Translations under genes and position numbers: made by a program
Shown: in pieces, positions 1 through 12,582 of the stretch
Numbering within the stretch: the first letter of the stretch is position 1
Layout of the letters: the number at the start of each line of letters is the position of its first letter
Source of the DNA: Nitrospirota bacterium
Lineage (GTDB): Bacteria > Nitrospirota > Thermodesulfovibrionia > Thermodesulfovibrionales > Dissulfurispiraceae
Assembly (NCBI GenBank): GCA_963790025.1
Contig: CAWBMP010000004.1
Span: 1,536,001-1,600,000 of the forward strand
Length of the DNA stretch: 64,000 nt
Reading direction: 5' to 3'
Notes under the pieces: generated by a model
Database searches by the model: none
What the model saw: the letters and a program-made list of their open reading frames with translations, nothing else
Told to the model about the DNA's origin: nothing

Positions 1-332
1 ATCGGGCGCATCCCCGGTTCGGCAAAATAACGTAAAAATTTATCTTTGTGCCTGCTACGAAACTGCTCCGGGATGAGCATATGCAGGTCACCGCCCATCA
101 ACTCCCCCTGTGAGTAGCCGAAGAGCTTTTCCGCCTGTGAATTAGCCAGGACAATCCGGCCGCCCCTCTCGACAAAAATCATGGCATCGGGAGCAGCTTC
201 GAGGAGGTCTCCATAGCGTTTCCGGAGTTTCCCGATTTGTTCCCTGCCCTCTCCCATATACGCCTCATTACCGAGGACCTTTCCGGAACCGGAAACGGGT
301 GGGTTATCAGCTATTTTTGAATCACTTTTCAT
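1..332 (-). CDS. PAS-domain signalling protein, N-terminal part (runs off the window edge)
   Basis: Manual translation gives ...YGDLLEAAPDAMIFVERGGRIVLANSQAEKLFGYSQGELMG...LIPE, a typical PAS S-box. Not in the ORF track because it is truncated. Alternative in-frame ATG at 359. Confidence 0.8.
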   Translation of the reverse strand, partial: MKSDSKIADNPPVSGSGKVLGNEAYMGEGREQIGKLRKRYGDLLEAAPDAMIFVERGGRIVLANSQAEKLFGYSQGELMGGDLHMLIPEQFRSRHKDKFLRYFAEPGMRP

Positions 333-387
333 GACCGTATTACATGCTCCCAATCTCATGTTACCACATTAACTCTGCAGATTCCAC

Positions 388-912
388 TCAAGGGCGCCGT
401 CGCTTCTCGATAAGATCAAAATTACCTTCATATTTGCTGCAGAGACCCTCAAGGAATGCTTGCAGCTCAGCCGGTTGAAGCAGTGTCTCCGGTGCAACGT
501 CCTGCAAGGTACAAGCCTTGATTATTTTTTTCACAAGGTTGATAACGCCGTAATTGATCACCTCTTCGGCAAACGATTCCGGAGCGTTTTCCATCAGCAG
601 ACGCTCTGAATACCACCCCCCGCTTGTAGGTGCAATGCCTGCACAATTTCCGGGGTCGGGCTTTATTTTCACTCCCTGTGCCAGCGCCATGTCCCTGACA
701 GCAATGTTAACCAACTGCAGCCCGCGCATTGCGGGATTTGAATCCAGGCCGTGCCTGCCCTTTGTAATGGGAATAAAACGGAACATATCGGCCCCTGAAC
801 AATAAATATAAGCACCCCTTGCTCCGCTTTGAACGGGTTTTATTACAAAGAATAAAAATTCATTGATATATTCATATGATTTCTTGTCTGCCCCCGCCTT
901 TGGTCCGCTCAT
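388..912 (-). CDS. Hypothetical protein, 174 aa
   Basis: Clean ORF with a purine-rich RBS (GGGGGGAAAG); no motif recognised. Confidence 0.7.
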   Translation of the reverse strand: MSGPKAGADKKSYEYINEFLFFVIKPVQSGARGAYIYCSGADMFRFIPITKGRHGLDSNPAMRGLQLVNIAVRDMALAQGVKIKPDPGNCAGIAPTSGGWYSERLLMENAPESFAEEVINYGVINLVKKIIKACTLQDVAPETLLQPAELQAFLEGLCSKYEGNFDLIEKRRRP

Positions 913-1101
913 TTCTTTCCCCCCCCAATTTTATTTACTTCTTCATTCTATTATAATCAAAGTCTGCTTGCAGGAAATTAATTGGTTGGAAGGTTTAAAA
1001 ATTTAATGAAATATGCTATAGTTTGTTAAATCAAATTGACATAACATCTGGTCAAAGCCTTTTTTTCATTCGATCAACACACCACGCAGCCGGGAGGAAA
1101 A

Positions 1102-1899
1102 ATGAGAAGGTTATTTATTTTAATATCTTTACTGCTTTCTTTGTCTTTGCCTGCGTATGCTTTTGCCGGTGCAGGACTTGAGGTGATTAAAGATAAGGCC
1201 CCTACCGGCAAGTTGTATGCACGCGCGCTGCAATTTTTTACTGAGAAAATGCCTGAGGCATTTGAAAAGCAACTCAGCGAGTCACAAAAATATATTGACG
1301 TTATAACCGCTATTTTCAGCGAGGAAGATATACCGATCGATCTGGCCTATCTCCCGCTTATCGAGAGCGGGTTTTCTCCTTTGTCCGTTGGCAGGGGTGG
1401 AGCGGTCGGTCTATGGCAAATGGTAAAGGGGACGGCAAAAAGGTATGGCTTACGTATAGACCGTTATGTAGATGAGCGGAAGGATCCGGAAAAATCGACC
1501 TATGCAGCTGCGAGCTACTTTAGGGATTTATATCATATGTTCGGCGCATGGGACATTGCGCTCGCTGCTTATAATGCCGGAGATGGAAGGATCAGGCGCC
1601 TGCTCAGAACAGATAACGGGGCACGTCTTCCCGGTGCAGTAAACCGATACCTGGCCAAATTCATGGCGGCCTCTGATGTGGCCCAGGATCCCGAAAGCTA
1701 CGGGCTGACTCCATCTGCTCAGAGGACGGGCAATGAGCCCGAATACATGGAAATAGTAACGGATAAATCAACCAGTCTGAGCACAATTGCCGCGATGTTT
1801 GATACTACAGTCCGCATAATAAGAGAACTTAACCCGGCATTACTCACGAACGCCACGCCACCGTATGAGTATATAATCCGCCTGCCAAGCACGGAATGA
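1102..1899 (+). CDS. Lytic transglycosylase (SLT domain, MltD-like) with a C-terminal LysM-like domain
   Basis: Signal peptide; motifs LIESGF, AVGLWQ, LAAYNAG; C-terminal SLSTIA...IRELN; GGAGG RBS. Confidence 0.9.
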   Translation: MRRLFILISLLLSLSLPAYAFAGAGLEVIKDKAPTGKLYARALQFFTEKMPEAFEKQLSESQKYIDVITAIFSEEDIPIDLAYLPLIESGFSPLSVGRGGAVGLWQMVKGTAKRYGLRIDRYVDERKDPEKSTYAAASYFRDLYHMFGAWDIALAAYNAGDGRIRRLLRTDNGARLPGAVNRYLAKFMAASDVAQDPESYGLTPSAQRTGNEPEYMEIVTDKSTSLSTIAAMFDTTVRIIRELNPALLTNATPPYEYIIRLPSTE

Positions 1900-1990
1900 A
1901 AAAGAAAGGTAAAAAGTAAAAAGTGAGAAGTTAAAAGTAAGGGCAACGGATAAAATTTTTTCTTTTATTCCTTTACTTTTTACTTTTTAT
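1900..1990. repeat. Heptamer-repeat hairpin between convergent genes
   Basis: AAAAAGT-like heptamers followed by the complementary CTTTACTTTTTACTTTTT arm, which overlaps the yihY-family stop. Confidence 0.6.
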
Positions 1991-2803
1991 TGGCCCTTGG
2001 AGATTATGGACGAACTCGGCACCGACGAGAAATATGCAAGATGAATAGTATGCCCATAATAAAAATATCACAAAGGCTGAGAGCGGGCCGTAAATGGTCC
2101 CGAAGTGCGCTACCTTCATCACGTAAAAAGTAAAAAGGTGTTTTGCAGATTCCATCATGATGGCGGTGAAAACTGCGCCGGCAAGTGCGTTTCGGAGCTG
2201 CACCTTCCTGAAGGGAAGAAACTTATACATAATAGCCACGATCAAAAACACGAGAATAAGCGGGACCATATATCCAATAAAGAAGCCTGTGATTTTACCT
2301 ACCCTTATGTCCGGGAAAATTTCTTTCACTACATTAAGGATTGAGATAGCCGATGTTGCTCCAAACGATAGAATAATAGCGATGATAATGAGAGTGACAA
2401 TAAATAAGGAGCGTACCAGTGACACGTGCAAAGGCCTGCTCACCCGTATTTTGAAAACCGTGTTGACCGCTGTTTCGAGTGCAGAGAAAAGCTGGTATGA
2501 CAGGACCCCGTAAAGTATCAATGTGAACGTCCCCAGGCCGCGGTATGAAATTAACTTTTTCAGTTCTTCGGTTATTTTATAGGTTATACTCGGGAAGAAC
2601 CCCGTCAGTTTGGCCGAGAAAAACTTGAGGAATACCTCGTTGTGTCCCAGAAAATAACTGAAGATTGCAACAAGGAGAAGACAAAACGGGACAAGCGCCA
2701 TCATAAAAAAATATGACAGCGCGCCGGCAAGCATGAGCCCGCCGTCTTTAAAAAAATCAACAAAACCCTTTAACAGTGATTTCAGATATCTTACAAAATT
2801 CAT
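1973..2803 (-). CDS. YihY/BrkB family membrane protein
   Basis: Motifs AGALSYF..AL.P and YGPLSA..IFLLW.Y.S..IFL.GAE; about six transmembrane segments. Confidence 0.9.
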   Translation of the reverse strand: MNFVRYLKSLLKGFVDFFKDGGLMLAGALSYFFMMALVPFCLLLVAIFSYFLGHNEVFLKFFSAKLTGFFPSITYKITEELKKLISYRGLGTFTLILYGVLSYQLFSALETAVNTVFKIRVSRPLHVSLVRSLFIVTLIIIAIILSFGATSAISILNVVKEIFPDIRVGKITGFFIGYMVPLILVFLIVAIMYKFLPFRKVQLRNALAGAVFTAIMMESAKHLFTFYVMKVAHFGTIYGPLSAFVIFLLWAYYSSCIFLVGAEFVHNLQGPIKSKK

Positions 2804-2897
2804 TCGTTACGCCGCCTAATGGTGTTCTATAGTCTACCATTATTACAAGCCGAATTCTTGACTTTTAAGAGTATAAAAGTTTAATGTTTAAGACTAT

Positions 2898-2973
2898 GGG
2901 CAGTTAGCTCAGTCGGTAGAGCAGGGGCCTGAAAAGCCCCGTGTCGGGAGTTCGATTCTCTCACTGCCCACCA
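2898..2973 (+). tRNA. tRNA-Phe(GAA)
   Basis: Acceptor stem GGGCAGT/ACTGCCC, D arm, anticodon arm GGGGC-CTGAAAA-GCCCC, TTCGATT loop, encoded CCA; 76 nt. Confidence 0.97.
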
Positions 2974-3096
2974 GTTTTTATTTACTGACCCGCTACCCGC
3001 ATTTTTTAGTAGACATCTCCTTATTAATCGTATAGTATATAACTAATTTTCATCTTAATTGAAAGCTGGGCAGTTTAAAAAATGTACTTAAATTTA

Positions 3097-3126
3097 TTGA
3101 CAAGAAGGGGTTTTTTCATGTATGAT
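3097..3126 (+). promoter_or_regulatory. Sigma70-type promoter of speD
   Basis: TTGACA-18 nt-TATGAT upstream of speD. Confidence 0.55.
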
Positions 3127-3180
3127 TTATAGCTTGAGGAGCGGTTTGCTTCCTCGATTCTAAATCAAAGGGGGAGAGGA

Positions 3181-3585
3181 TTGAATGCTTTAGGTACCCA
3201 TCTTTTGGTGGAATTGAGAGACTGTAACCCTGAGATCCTGAAGGATCTGGAGCAGGTAAAAGGTGCTTTGGTTTCTGCTGCAAAGGAAGCGAAAGCAACT
3301 ATCATCGATGTATCTTTCCATGAGTTCAACCCGTTTGGCATCAGCGGCATGGTAGTGATAGCCGAATCTCATCTGTCCATACATACCTGGCCTGAATATG
3401 AATATGCAGCACTTGATATCTTCACCTGCGGCGACATTATCAAGCCTGAAGTTGCAGCGCATTACCTGATCGAACGCTTTGAAAGCAATAACGCTTCCAT
3501 TGTCGAAGTAAAGCGCGGCATCTTATCTCACACCAACGAGAAGCTTCCTCATAAGGTGTGCGATGTTGAACTCCAGATGGCCTAA
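3181..3585 (+). CDS. speD: S-adenosylmethionine decarboxylase proenzyme (SpeD/SpeH type)
   Basis: ESHLSIHTWPE self-cleavage motif and DIFTCG; TTG start with a GGAG RBS. Confidence 0.92.
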   Translation: MNALGTHLLVELRDCNPEILKDLEQVKGALVSAAKEAKATIIDVSFHEFNPFGISGMVVIAESHLSIHTWPEYEYAALDIFTCGDIIKPEVAAHYLIERFESNNASIVEVKRGILSHTNEKLPHKVCDVELQMA

Positions 3586-3587
3586 AA

Positions 3588-3648
3588 AGTTGGAGGTTAG
3601 AGGACTGAGGCATGAGGCATCAAACCTCTAACTTCCAACCTCAAACCT
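3588..3648. repeat. Heptamer-repeat hairpin between convergent speD and pgk
   Basis: AAGTTGG AGGTTAG AGG... pairs with CCTCTAACTTCCAACCT. Confidence 0.6.
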
Positions 3649-4881
3649 TCAGCTTTTCTTATCAGTCAGTGCCGAAATCCCAGGCAGGTTTTTGCCTTCC
3701 AGAAGCTGGAGTGAAGCGCCGCCGCCTGTTGAAATAAACGTGATGGAGTCGCTGACGCCAGCCTTATGCACAGCGTAACCAGTGTCCCCGCCGCCTACAA
3801 TACTCAATGCGTAGGCATCGGTCACCGCGTTCGCAATTGCAAATGTTCCCCTGGAAAATGCATCAATCTCAAAAACCCCCATCGGACCGTTCCAGATTAC
3901 TGTTTTGGCATTCTGAAGCGCCTCCGAAAAGAGCTTCACCGATGCGGGCCCGATATCAAGGGCGCGCCATCCTACTGGTATTTCCTGAGTAGTAACAATT
4001 TTTGTTTCAGCGCCGGCCTCTATCGTCTGTGCTATTACGCAGTCAACAGGCAAATAAAACTTAACATTGCTGCTCCTCAACTTTTCCATAATGGTTTTGG
4101 CAAGATCGAACATCTCGGTCTCGACGAGTGAGTCGCCGATCTCGTAACCCATCGCCTTGATAAACGTATACGCCATGCCGCCGCCGATAATGACTTTGTC
4201 GACCTTGTTGGCAAGGTTTTCGAGCACGCCTATCTTTCCAGACACCTTTGCTCCTCCGAGGAGCGCAACAAACGGCCTCACCGGGTTCTCTACAACTCCT
4301 TTAAGATATTCTATCTCCTTTTTCATGAGGAACCCCGCTGCGGAAGGGAGGAACTTCGTAATCCCTTCGGTGGAAGCATGCGAGCGGTGAGCGGTCCCAA
4401 ATGCATCGTTCACGAAGAAATCGGCGAGCTTTGCCAGGCTTTTTGCAAAGGCTTCGTCATTTTTTTCTTCTTCAGGGTGGAAACGAAGATTTTCAAGGAG
4501 AAGAACATCGCCCTCTTTCATTTTTGAGACAATATTTTCAGTCTGTGGACCTATACAATCCGGAACAAAAACCACTTCCTTATTCAACAATCTTTGCAAC
4601 CGCTTTACCACAGGAGCAAGACTGAAACGCGGCTCTACCTTTCCTTTCGGCCTGCCCAGATGCGATGCAAGAATGACCTTCGCCCCTTCATCTATCGCAT
4701 AATTGATAGTGGGAAGCGTGGAGCGTATCCTGCTGTCATCCGTAATGACCAGATTGTCATCAAGGGGCACATTAAAATCAGCCCTTATGAAAACCTTTTT
4801 CCCCTTTATCTGAAGGTCCTCAATGGTAAGCTTGCCGAGTATATCTTTAATACCGACAGCTATCTCATTTCTCTTCGCCAT
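3649..4881 (-). CDS. pgk: Phosphoglycerate kinase
   Basis: Motifs [36 protein letters not shown]. Confidence 0.98.
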   Translation of the reverse strand: MAKRNEIAVGIKDILGKLTIEDLQIKGKKVFIRADFNVPLDDNLVITDDSRIRSTLPTINYAIDEGAKVILASHLGRPKGKVEPRFSLAPVVKRLQRLLNKEVVFVPDCIGPQTENIVSKMKEGDVLLLENLRFHPEEEKNDEAFAKSLAKLADFFVNDAFGTAHRSHASTEGITKFLPSAAGFLMKKEIEYLKGVVENPVRPFVALLGGAKVSGKIGVLENLANKVDKVIIGGGMAYTFIKAMGYEIGDSLVETEMFDLAKTIMEKLRSSNVKFYLPVDCVIAQTIEAGAETKIVTTQEIPVGWRALDIGPASVKLFSEALQNAKTVIWNGPMGVFEIDAFSRGTFAIANAVTDAYALSIVGGGDTGYAVHKAGVSDSITFISTGGGASLQLLEGKNLPGISALTDKKS

Positions 4882-4883
4882 AA

Positions 4884-7159
<2,276 letters not shown>

Positions 7160-7274
7160 TTTCCGTTGTTTTTTGGTAATTATTTGTTTTATTTAAAAAA
7201 ACTCTGTTAAGTTTTATATTTTAGCATTTCAGCAAAGCAAATTCAAATAAAACAACAGAAAAGGGAGTATAGGC

Positions 7275-7727
7275 TCATACATCTCTAAAGGGTTGCTGTG
7301 CCCCAACGATATATGTGTCAAGTGCCTGTATTGTAATTAGCAGTTCAGAAATCATTTCCTTAACCACATCGCCGATAGTTATGATAGCTGCCAGGCGGTC
7401 ATTGTCAAAGACAGGCAAATGACGGATATGTTTGGAAGTCATCAACGCCATACATTCGGCAAGGGTATTTTCCGGTTTGATATAGTAGACCGATTGAACC
7501 ATCAGTTCACTTACAGGAGTGTCCTTGGAAGCCTTTCCCTTCAGGATAACTTTTCTCGCATAATCACGTTCTGAAAAGATTCCGACAAGTTTTTCATTTT
7601 CAACAACTAACAAGGCGCCGATATCCTTCTCAGCCATTAATTCGAGGGCCTCATATGCAGTCGTCGGGGGAGAAACTGACCAGATTGTGCCGCTATGGTC
7701 TTTCAACATATCTTTGACCGTTTTCAT
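7275..7727 (-). CDS. CBS-domain protein
   Basis: Motifs GIFSERDY and IRHLPV; tandem CBS pair. Confidence 0.9.
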   Translation of the reverse strand: MKTVKDMLKDHSGTIWSVSPPTTAYEALELMAEKDIGALLVVENEKLVGIFSERDYARKVILKGKASKDTPVSELMVQSVYYIKPENTLAECMALMTSKHIRHLPVFDNDRLAAIITIGDVVKEMISELLITIQALDTYIVGAQQPFRDV

Positions 7728-7854
7728 AACGCGCTTCCTCCTTCATCATAGAGATTGTAAGTATATAATACACGAAAAAAGCCGGATTTTCTCTATTCTG
7801 AAATAACATAGTGCCGGGGACACGTCGTAAATATAATATTGAAAACAAGAATCC

Positions 7855-8325
7855 TTAGCGCTTCCCGCCGTCTTTAAGGTCAAATAATGTTTTTACCTCT
7901 TCCATCAGATCGCTAATATCTTTAAACTGGCGGTAGACAGAGGCAAACCTGACGTAGGCAACTTTATCCAGATCCTTGAGCGAGGACATAATCTCCTCTC
8001 CTATCCAGGAACTGTTTATCTCTTTCACGCCAAGGCCTATAAGTTTTTTCTCGATATATTTCTCGGTATCTTCAAGTGTTGTAATAGGTATCGGCCGCTT
8101 TTCGCAGGCCTTCTTCAAACCAGTTATGATTTTGTGGCTGTCAAAAAATTCCCTGCTGCCGTCCTTTTTAATAACCATGGGGAGGGGGTCTTCAACGCGC
8201 TCATAGGAGGTAAACCGCTGCGAGCATTTAAGGCATTCCCTTCTCCTCCTGATGACCTCTCCATCCTTGCTGGCCCTGGAATCGATTACTTTGTCCTCAA
8301 TGCTGCCGCAGAAGGGGCATTTCAT
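7855..8325 (-). CDS. nrdR: Transcriptional repressor NrdR
   Basis: MKCPFC...IRRRREC..C..RFTSYE, ATP cone, AYVRFASVY. Confidence 0.97.
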   Translation of the reverse strand: MKCPFCGSIEDKVIDSRASKDGEVIRRRRECLKCSQRFTSYERVEDPLPMVIKKDGSREFFDSHKIITGLKKACEKRPIPITTLEDTEKYIEKKLIGLGVKEINSSWIGEEIMSSLKDLDKVAYVRFASVYRQFKDISDLMEEVKTLFDLKDGGKR

Positions 8326-8334
8326 ACCACGCCG

Positions 8335-9576
8335 TCATCCATATATTGGAAATTTGTCACAAAGGGTCTTAACTCTTTTTTTCATGGCATCGTCAGTCGC
8401 TGGGTCTTTTATGTTCTTTACGACTCCGGCTATGATGTCGGCTATCTCATCCATCTCGGCTAAGCCCATTCCCCTCGTAGTTACGCAGGGCGTACCCAAT
8501 CTGATCCCGCTCGTAACCGAAGGGGGCTTGCTATCGTAGGGGATGGCATTCTTATTCACTGTAATTCCCGCCCTGTCCAGGGCTTCTTCAGCCTCTTTTC
8601 CTGTAATGCCGGTTTCGCTCAGATCAACCAGCATAAGGTGGTTGTCGGTCCCGCCGGATATTATTTTAAAGCCATGTTTCATTAGCCCTCCGGCAAGGCG
8701 GCCGGCGTTTTTAACGACCATCTTCTGGTAATCCTTAAACTCGCTTGTCAGCGCCTCTTTAAGGGCCACCGCCTTTGCAGCCATTACGTGGACCAGCGGG
8801 CCGCCCTGTATGCCCGGAAAAATCATTTTATCGACGGCCTTCGCATGCTCCGCCTTGCACATGATCATCCCTCCTCTGGGACCCCTAAGCGTTTTATGTG
8901 TAGTGGTAGTTACAAAATCCGCATACGGCACAGGAGAAGGGTGCTCACCTGCTGCTATAAGTCCCGCTATATGGGCGATATCTGCAAGGAGATAAGCGCC
9001 TGTTGTTTTCGCTATCTCAGAGAATTGTTTAAAATCGATGATACGGGAGTAGGCGCTCGCTCCTACAATAATCATTTTAGGCTTGTGTTCCAGTGCCAGG
9101 GTTTTCACCTCTTCCATATCAATGCATCCGGTTGCCCTGTTCACACCGTAAGAGCGGACTTTATAGATCATCCCTGTAAAATTGACCTTTGATCCGTGCG
9201 ACAGGTGTCCGCCGTGGTCCAGCCTCATACCAAGAATGGTATCACCCGGTTTCAGGACTGAAAAATATACTGCCATATTTGCCTGACTCCCTGAATGGGG
9301 CTGGACATTTATATGATCGGCTTTGAAAAGCAGTTTCGCCCTATCAATGGCCAGTCTTTCAATTATGTCAATATATTCGCAGCCTCCATAGTACCTCTTA
9401 TCGGGATATCCCTCGGCATACTTGTTGGTAAGAACAGAGCCCTGAGCTTCGAGCACCGATCTGCTTGCATAGTTTTCGGAGGCGATCAGGAGTATCTTGC
9501 TCTGTTCCCTCTGTGTTTCCCTTAAAATTGCATCGAAGATTTCAGGATCATTCTTTTTTAGTTGCTCGCAATTCAT
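8335..9576 (-). CDS. glyA: Serine hydroxymethyltransferase
   Basis: Motifs [29 protein letters not shown]. Confidence 0.98.
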   Translation of the reverse strand: MNCEQLKKNDPEIFDAILRETQREQSKILLIASENYASRSVLEAQGSVLTNKYAEGYPDKRYYGGCEYIDIIERLAIDRAKLLFKADHINVQPHSGSQANMAVYFSVLKPGDTILGMRLDHGGHLSHGSKVNFTGMIYKVRSYGVNRATGCIDMEEVKTLALEHKPKMIIVGASAYSRIIDFKQFSEIAKTTGAYLLADIAHIAGLIAAGEHPSPVPYADFVTTTTHKTLRGPRGGMIMCKAEHAKAVDKMIFPGIQGGPLVHVMAAKAVALKEALTSEFKDYQKMVVKNAGRLAGGLMKHGFKIISGGTDNHLMLVDLSETGITGKEAEEALDRAGITVNKNAIPYDSKPPSVTSGIRLGTPCVTTRGMGLAEMDEIADIIAGVVKNIKDPATDDAMKKRVKTLCDKFPIYG

Positions 9577-9607
9577 CGCCAGACCCCCAATTCGATCCCC
9601 GGAAATT

Positions 9608-10078
9608 TCATGCTTCCTGAGAATCCCCTTTCGTTGTTATTTTTTTCTCAATGAGTTCAATTTTCTTCAGCCTGTTTTCGTGTCTCCCCCCCTCGAAGGG
9701 AGTAATCAACCATGTTTTCACTATTTCTTTAGCGAGGTCTTTGCCTATTATTCTGCCTCCGAGGATAAGGATGTTCGAGTCGTTGTGGAGCCTGCTCATT
9801 CTTGCAGAAAAAAGCTCCCCGCAAAGAGCTGCACGGACATGGCGAAATTTATTTGCAACAATAGACATGCCGATTCCTGTACCACAGATAAGAATCCCGC
9901 GTTCGGCCCTTCCCTGGGACACAGCATCGGATACCTTCTCTCCAAAATCAGGATAATCTACCGACTGCGGGGTATCGGTCCCAAAATCTTGATACTCATG
10001 CCCCATATCTTCAAGAACCCTGGTTACTTCATTTTTCATTTCCAGCCCGGCATGATCGGAACCAATCGCGATACGCAT
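9608..10078 (-). CDS. rpiB: Ribose-5-phosphate isomerase B
   Basis: Motifs IGSDHAG, CGTGIG, FEGGRH; start moved to ATG 10078, which has a GGAGG RBS. Confidence 0.95.
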   Translation of the reverse strand: MRIAIGSDHAGLEMKNEVTRVLEDMGHEYQDFGTDTPQSVDYPDFGEKVSDAVSQGRAERGILICGTGIGMSIVANKFRHVRAALCGELFSARMSRLHNDSNILILGGRIIGKDLAKEIVKTWLITPFEGGRHENRLKKIELIEKKITTKGDSQEA

Positions 10079-10110
10079 CTGCCCTCCAATGGCATAGGCC
10101 GCCATTGATT

Positions 10111-10172
10111 ATAGCTCATGGCAAGTAGCTTATGCCTGGTTCAGCATCTTTAAGCTAATTGCCATGAGCTAT
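10111..10172. repeat. Long imperfect hairpin
   Basis: ATAGCTCATGGCAA-GTAGCTTA ... TAAGCTA-ATTGCCATGAGCTAT. Confidence 0.6.
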
Positions 10173-10196
10173 GGCGGCCATTTATGTTTCGGTATT

Positions 10197-10229
10197 TAAA
10201 GGGGTGCAGGCAAGCAATGCGTGCACCCC
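10197..10229 (-). terminator. Possible intrinsic terminator after metF
   Basis: GGGGTGCA...TGCACCCC stem followed by a short T-run on the minus strand. Confidence 0.45.
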
Positions 10230-10246
10230 CTCGATTGTGAAGTATT

Positions 10247-11227
10247 CTATGCTTCAGGGAATGTAGGACGGGGTAACAATCCTGCTGCTTTGAGGATCAC
10301 CGGCATGGCGCTCTCCCACTCTATAGCCTGAACATGGACCCCCTTTACACCGGGGATTTCGAGCACCTGCTGGATCAATTCAACCGCAATTTTTATTCCC
10401 TCTGCTTCCTGTGCCTCTTTAGCCTTCTTTTTATCGTCACCCGCGTCATTCTTGGCCTTCATCATCCGATCTATAAGGGGTTTGGGCACGCTTACTCCGG
10501 CCACTGAAGAATCCATGTAACGAAGCATCATTGCAGTCCTGGGGACTATTATTCCACCCAGGATCGCGGTCCGCTCGTGAATCCCGAGGTTTCTGACCTT
10601 CTCCATTTGAGACTTGAACATTTCAACATCATATATGCCCTGGGTCTGGATAAAATCAGCTCCTGCATCGACCTTTTTCTTAAGCCGCTGAGGCCTGAAG
10701 TCCATCGGTTCACCACCGGGAGTGAAGGCCGCCCCGATAAAGAATTTCGGAGCCACTTCGAGTTTGTCTCCGCCCTCCTGAAGACCCTCATCACGCATTT
10801 TCTTGAGAATACCCACCAGTTGTATGGAATCAACATCATAGACATTCTTGGCCCCGGGATGGCCTTTAAGCCTTCCCGCAGCGCTGAAAGACTGATGGTC
10901 GCCGGCAATACACAGACAGTTTTTCAGTCCCAGTGCAGCACCGCCCAGAAGGTCGGCCTGCATGGCAATGCGGTTACGGTCCCTGCAGGTCATCTGCATG
11001 ACCGGTTCAAGCCCTTCTCTCAGGGCCAATACGGCAGCGGCGATGCTCGAAATGCGCACGACAGCGGTCTGGCAGTCGGTGATATTCGCCGCATCACAAT
11101 AGCCTTTAAGCAAATTTGCTTTATGAATCACTTCATGCGGATCAGCACTCATAGGCGGGCCCAATTCTGCCGTTACAGCTGGTTTCCCGCTTGCGATGAC
11201 TTTTTCAAGATTGCTTCCACTCTTCAT
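10247..11227 (-). CDS. metF: Methylenetetrahydrofolate reductase, MetF subunit
   Basis: Motifs TAELGPP, ANITD, MTCRDRNRIAMQADLLG, KKVDAGADFIQTQ; start at ATG 11227 with GGAGG. Confidence 0.93.
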   Translation of the reverse strand: MKSGSNLEKVIASGKPAVTAELGPPMSADPHEVIHKANLLKGYCDAANITDCQTAVVRISSIAAAVLALREGLEPVMQMTCRDRNRIAMQADLLGGAALGLKNCLCIAGDHQSFSAAGRLKGHPGAKNVYDVDSIQLVGILKKMRDEGLQEGGDKLEVAPKFFIGAAFTPGGEPMDFRPQRLKKKVDAGADFIQTQGIYDVEMFKSQMEKVRNLGIHERTAILGGIIVPRTAMMLRYMDSSVAGVSVPKPLIDRMMKAKNDAGDDKKKAKEAQEAEGIKIAVELIQQVLEIPGVKGVHVQAIEWESAMPVILKAAGLLPRPTFPEA

Positions 11228-11249
11228 CTTCTGTATTCCTCCCGACTGC

Positions 11250-11300
11250 ACCCTTACCCCCTGCTACCCTCCTTTTAGCAAAGGGGGGAAAGGAGGGCTT
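11250..11300. repeat. REP-like C-rich/G-rich hairpin remnant
   Basis: CCCTCCTTTTAGCAAAGGGGGGAAAGGAGGG between metV and metF. Confidence 0.45.
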
Positions 11301-11315
11301 AGGGCGCCGCGATTA

Positions 11316-12011
11316 TTATTCCTTTTTCGCTTCCTGCTCTTCCAGGTCCTGAATATGCTCTAGCACTACCCGGCGTGGTCCGCCATCCCTCGCTGTAGAC
11401 CAGTTCCGGGGCTTCTGAATTTCATAAAGCTTCTCCAATGTACCGAGCTGTTTCATCCGTTCCACAATCAAATACCACCCGCAATCGACTTCCTGGCTTA
11501 TTTCGCATTTGCCTTTGTTAGTTCCGCCGCAAGGCCCGTTCATCAGTGTTTTCGAACAGCGGGCGATTGGACAAATTCCACCGGTAAGGTGGAGTATGCA
11601 CTTGCCGCATCCTGCGCACAGCTCTGTAAAAACACCTGCCTGAGGCACTGCCCCGAAAAAAGAGGTGTCTATGCCGGGGTAGACAGGTATGTTGCCGATC
11701 CTTTCAGACAGGAAGTTCACTCCCACGCCGCACGCTGTTGAAAGAACCAGATCATAGGTTTTCACCTCAGCCATGAGAGGCTCAAAATACTCAGGCTCGC
11801 AGTGCCTTTCTACGCCTGCATGCTTGACTTCCATGGGCACGCCTTCCTCGGCGGCCTTTATCCTGATCATGGAAGCAATTATCTCAGCTTCCTTTCCCCC
11901 GCCCGCATGGCAGATCGCAACACACGTGTTACAGCCATATACGAGCACCTTCTTAAAATCTTTTACCATATCCCATATTTCTTCAAAAGGTTTCTGTTTA
12001 CCTACAATCAT
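11316..12011 (-). CDS. metV: MetV (Fe-S/Zn subunit of methylenetetrahydrofolate reductase)
   Basis: GC..C...C..GG motif, ACGVGV, C.GCG.C....TGGICPIARCSK..NGPCGG; adjacent to metF. Confidence 0.9.
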   Translation of the reverse strand: MIVGKQKPFEEIWDMVKDFKKVLVYGCNTCVAICHAGGGKEAEIIASMIRIKAAEEGVPMEVKHAGVERHCEPEYFEPLMAEVKTYDLVLSTACGVGVNFLSERIGNIPVYPGIDTSFFGAVPQAGVFTELCAGCGKCILHLTGGICPIARCSKTLMNGPCGGTNKGKCEISQEVDCGWYLIVERMKQLGTLEKLYEIQKPRNWSTARDGGPRRVVLEHIQDLEEQEAKKE

Positions 12012-12526
12012 TCCTGCTCACTCCTTTTTGACCCGTTCCGTTTGCATACGGCAAACCAGACAGGGGATGGACCGAGGGTACGGACTCTCTCGGTGAAATC
12101 TGTGCAGATCTCAGCCCATCGTGGCCCCATGGCCGCTGACAGGTTGAACATTTCCAAACGTGCAGGATCAATGCCCAATTTGGACAATAGACTTTTTAAG
12201 TACTTGATTCTTCTTGCCGCATACGTATTACCTTCCAGGTAATGACATTGTCCCTGTAGTCAACCGGCTACAAAGACACCGTCCACCCCGCGTTCAAATG
12301 CCCTGAGCACATGAATGTAGTCCAGCTTTCCGGTGCATGGAAGGCGGAGTACTTTCACATTCGAGGGGTATGAAAGTCGCATGACCCCGGCAAGGTCCGC
12401 TGCGGCGAAAGCACAGTAATGGCAGGCGAAAGCCAGAACATTCGGCTCCCAATCCTGAGGGATATCGCGAGGTTTCTCAACCGATGAACGCTCGCCATGC
12501 TCTGCCGACTCTGCGAGTTTATCCAT
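12008..12526 (-). CDS. mvhD: MvhD/FlpD [2Fe-2S] subunit, probable selenoprotein (172 aa; UGA at 12260-12262)
   Basis: The frame continues past TGA as VAG-U-LQGQCHYLEGN...LGIDPARLEMFNLSAAMGPRWAE...LGPSP. The TGA sits at the conserved Cys of GC..G.CHY, and the true stop overlaps the metV ATG. Confidence 0.92.
12227..12243 (-). promoter_or_regulatory. Bacterial SECIS-like hairpin of mvhD
   Basis: ATTACCT-GGA-AGGTAAT begins 16 nt after the UGA; the loop starts with G at about +24. Confidence 0.75.
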
Positions 12527-12582
12527 TATTCAATCCTCCTCTATTAGCTTCTACCACAAAAATCTTCGATTAGTTTCCGTTG

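Noticed and set aside
12260..12262. mvhD as a nonsense pseudogene
   Set aside because: The single TGA falls at a conserved Cys, the downstream frame is intact, and a SECIS-like hairpin and selA are present.
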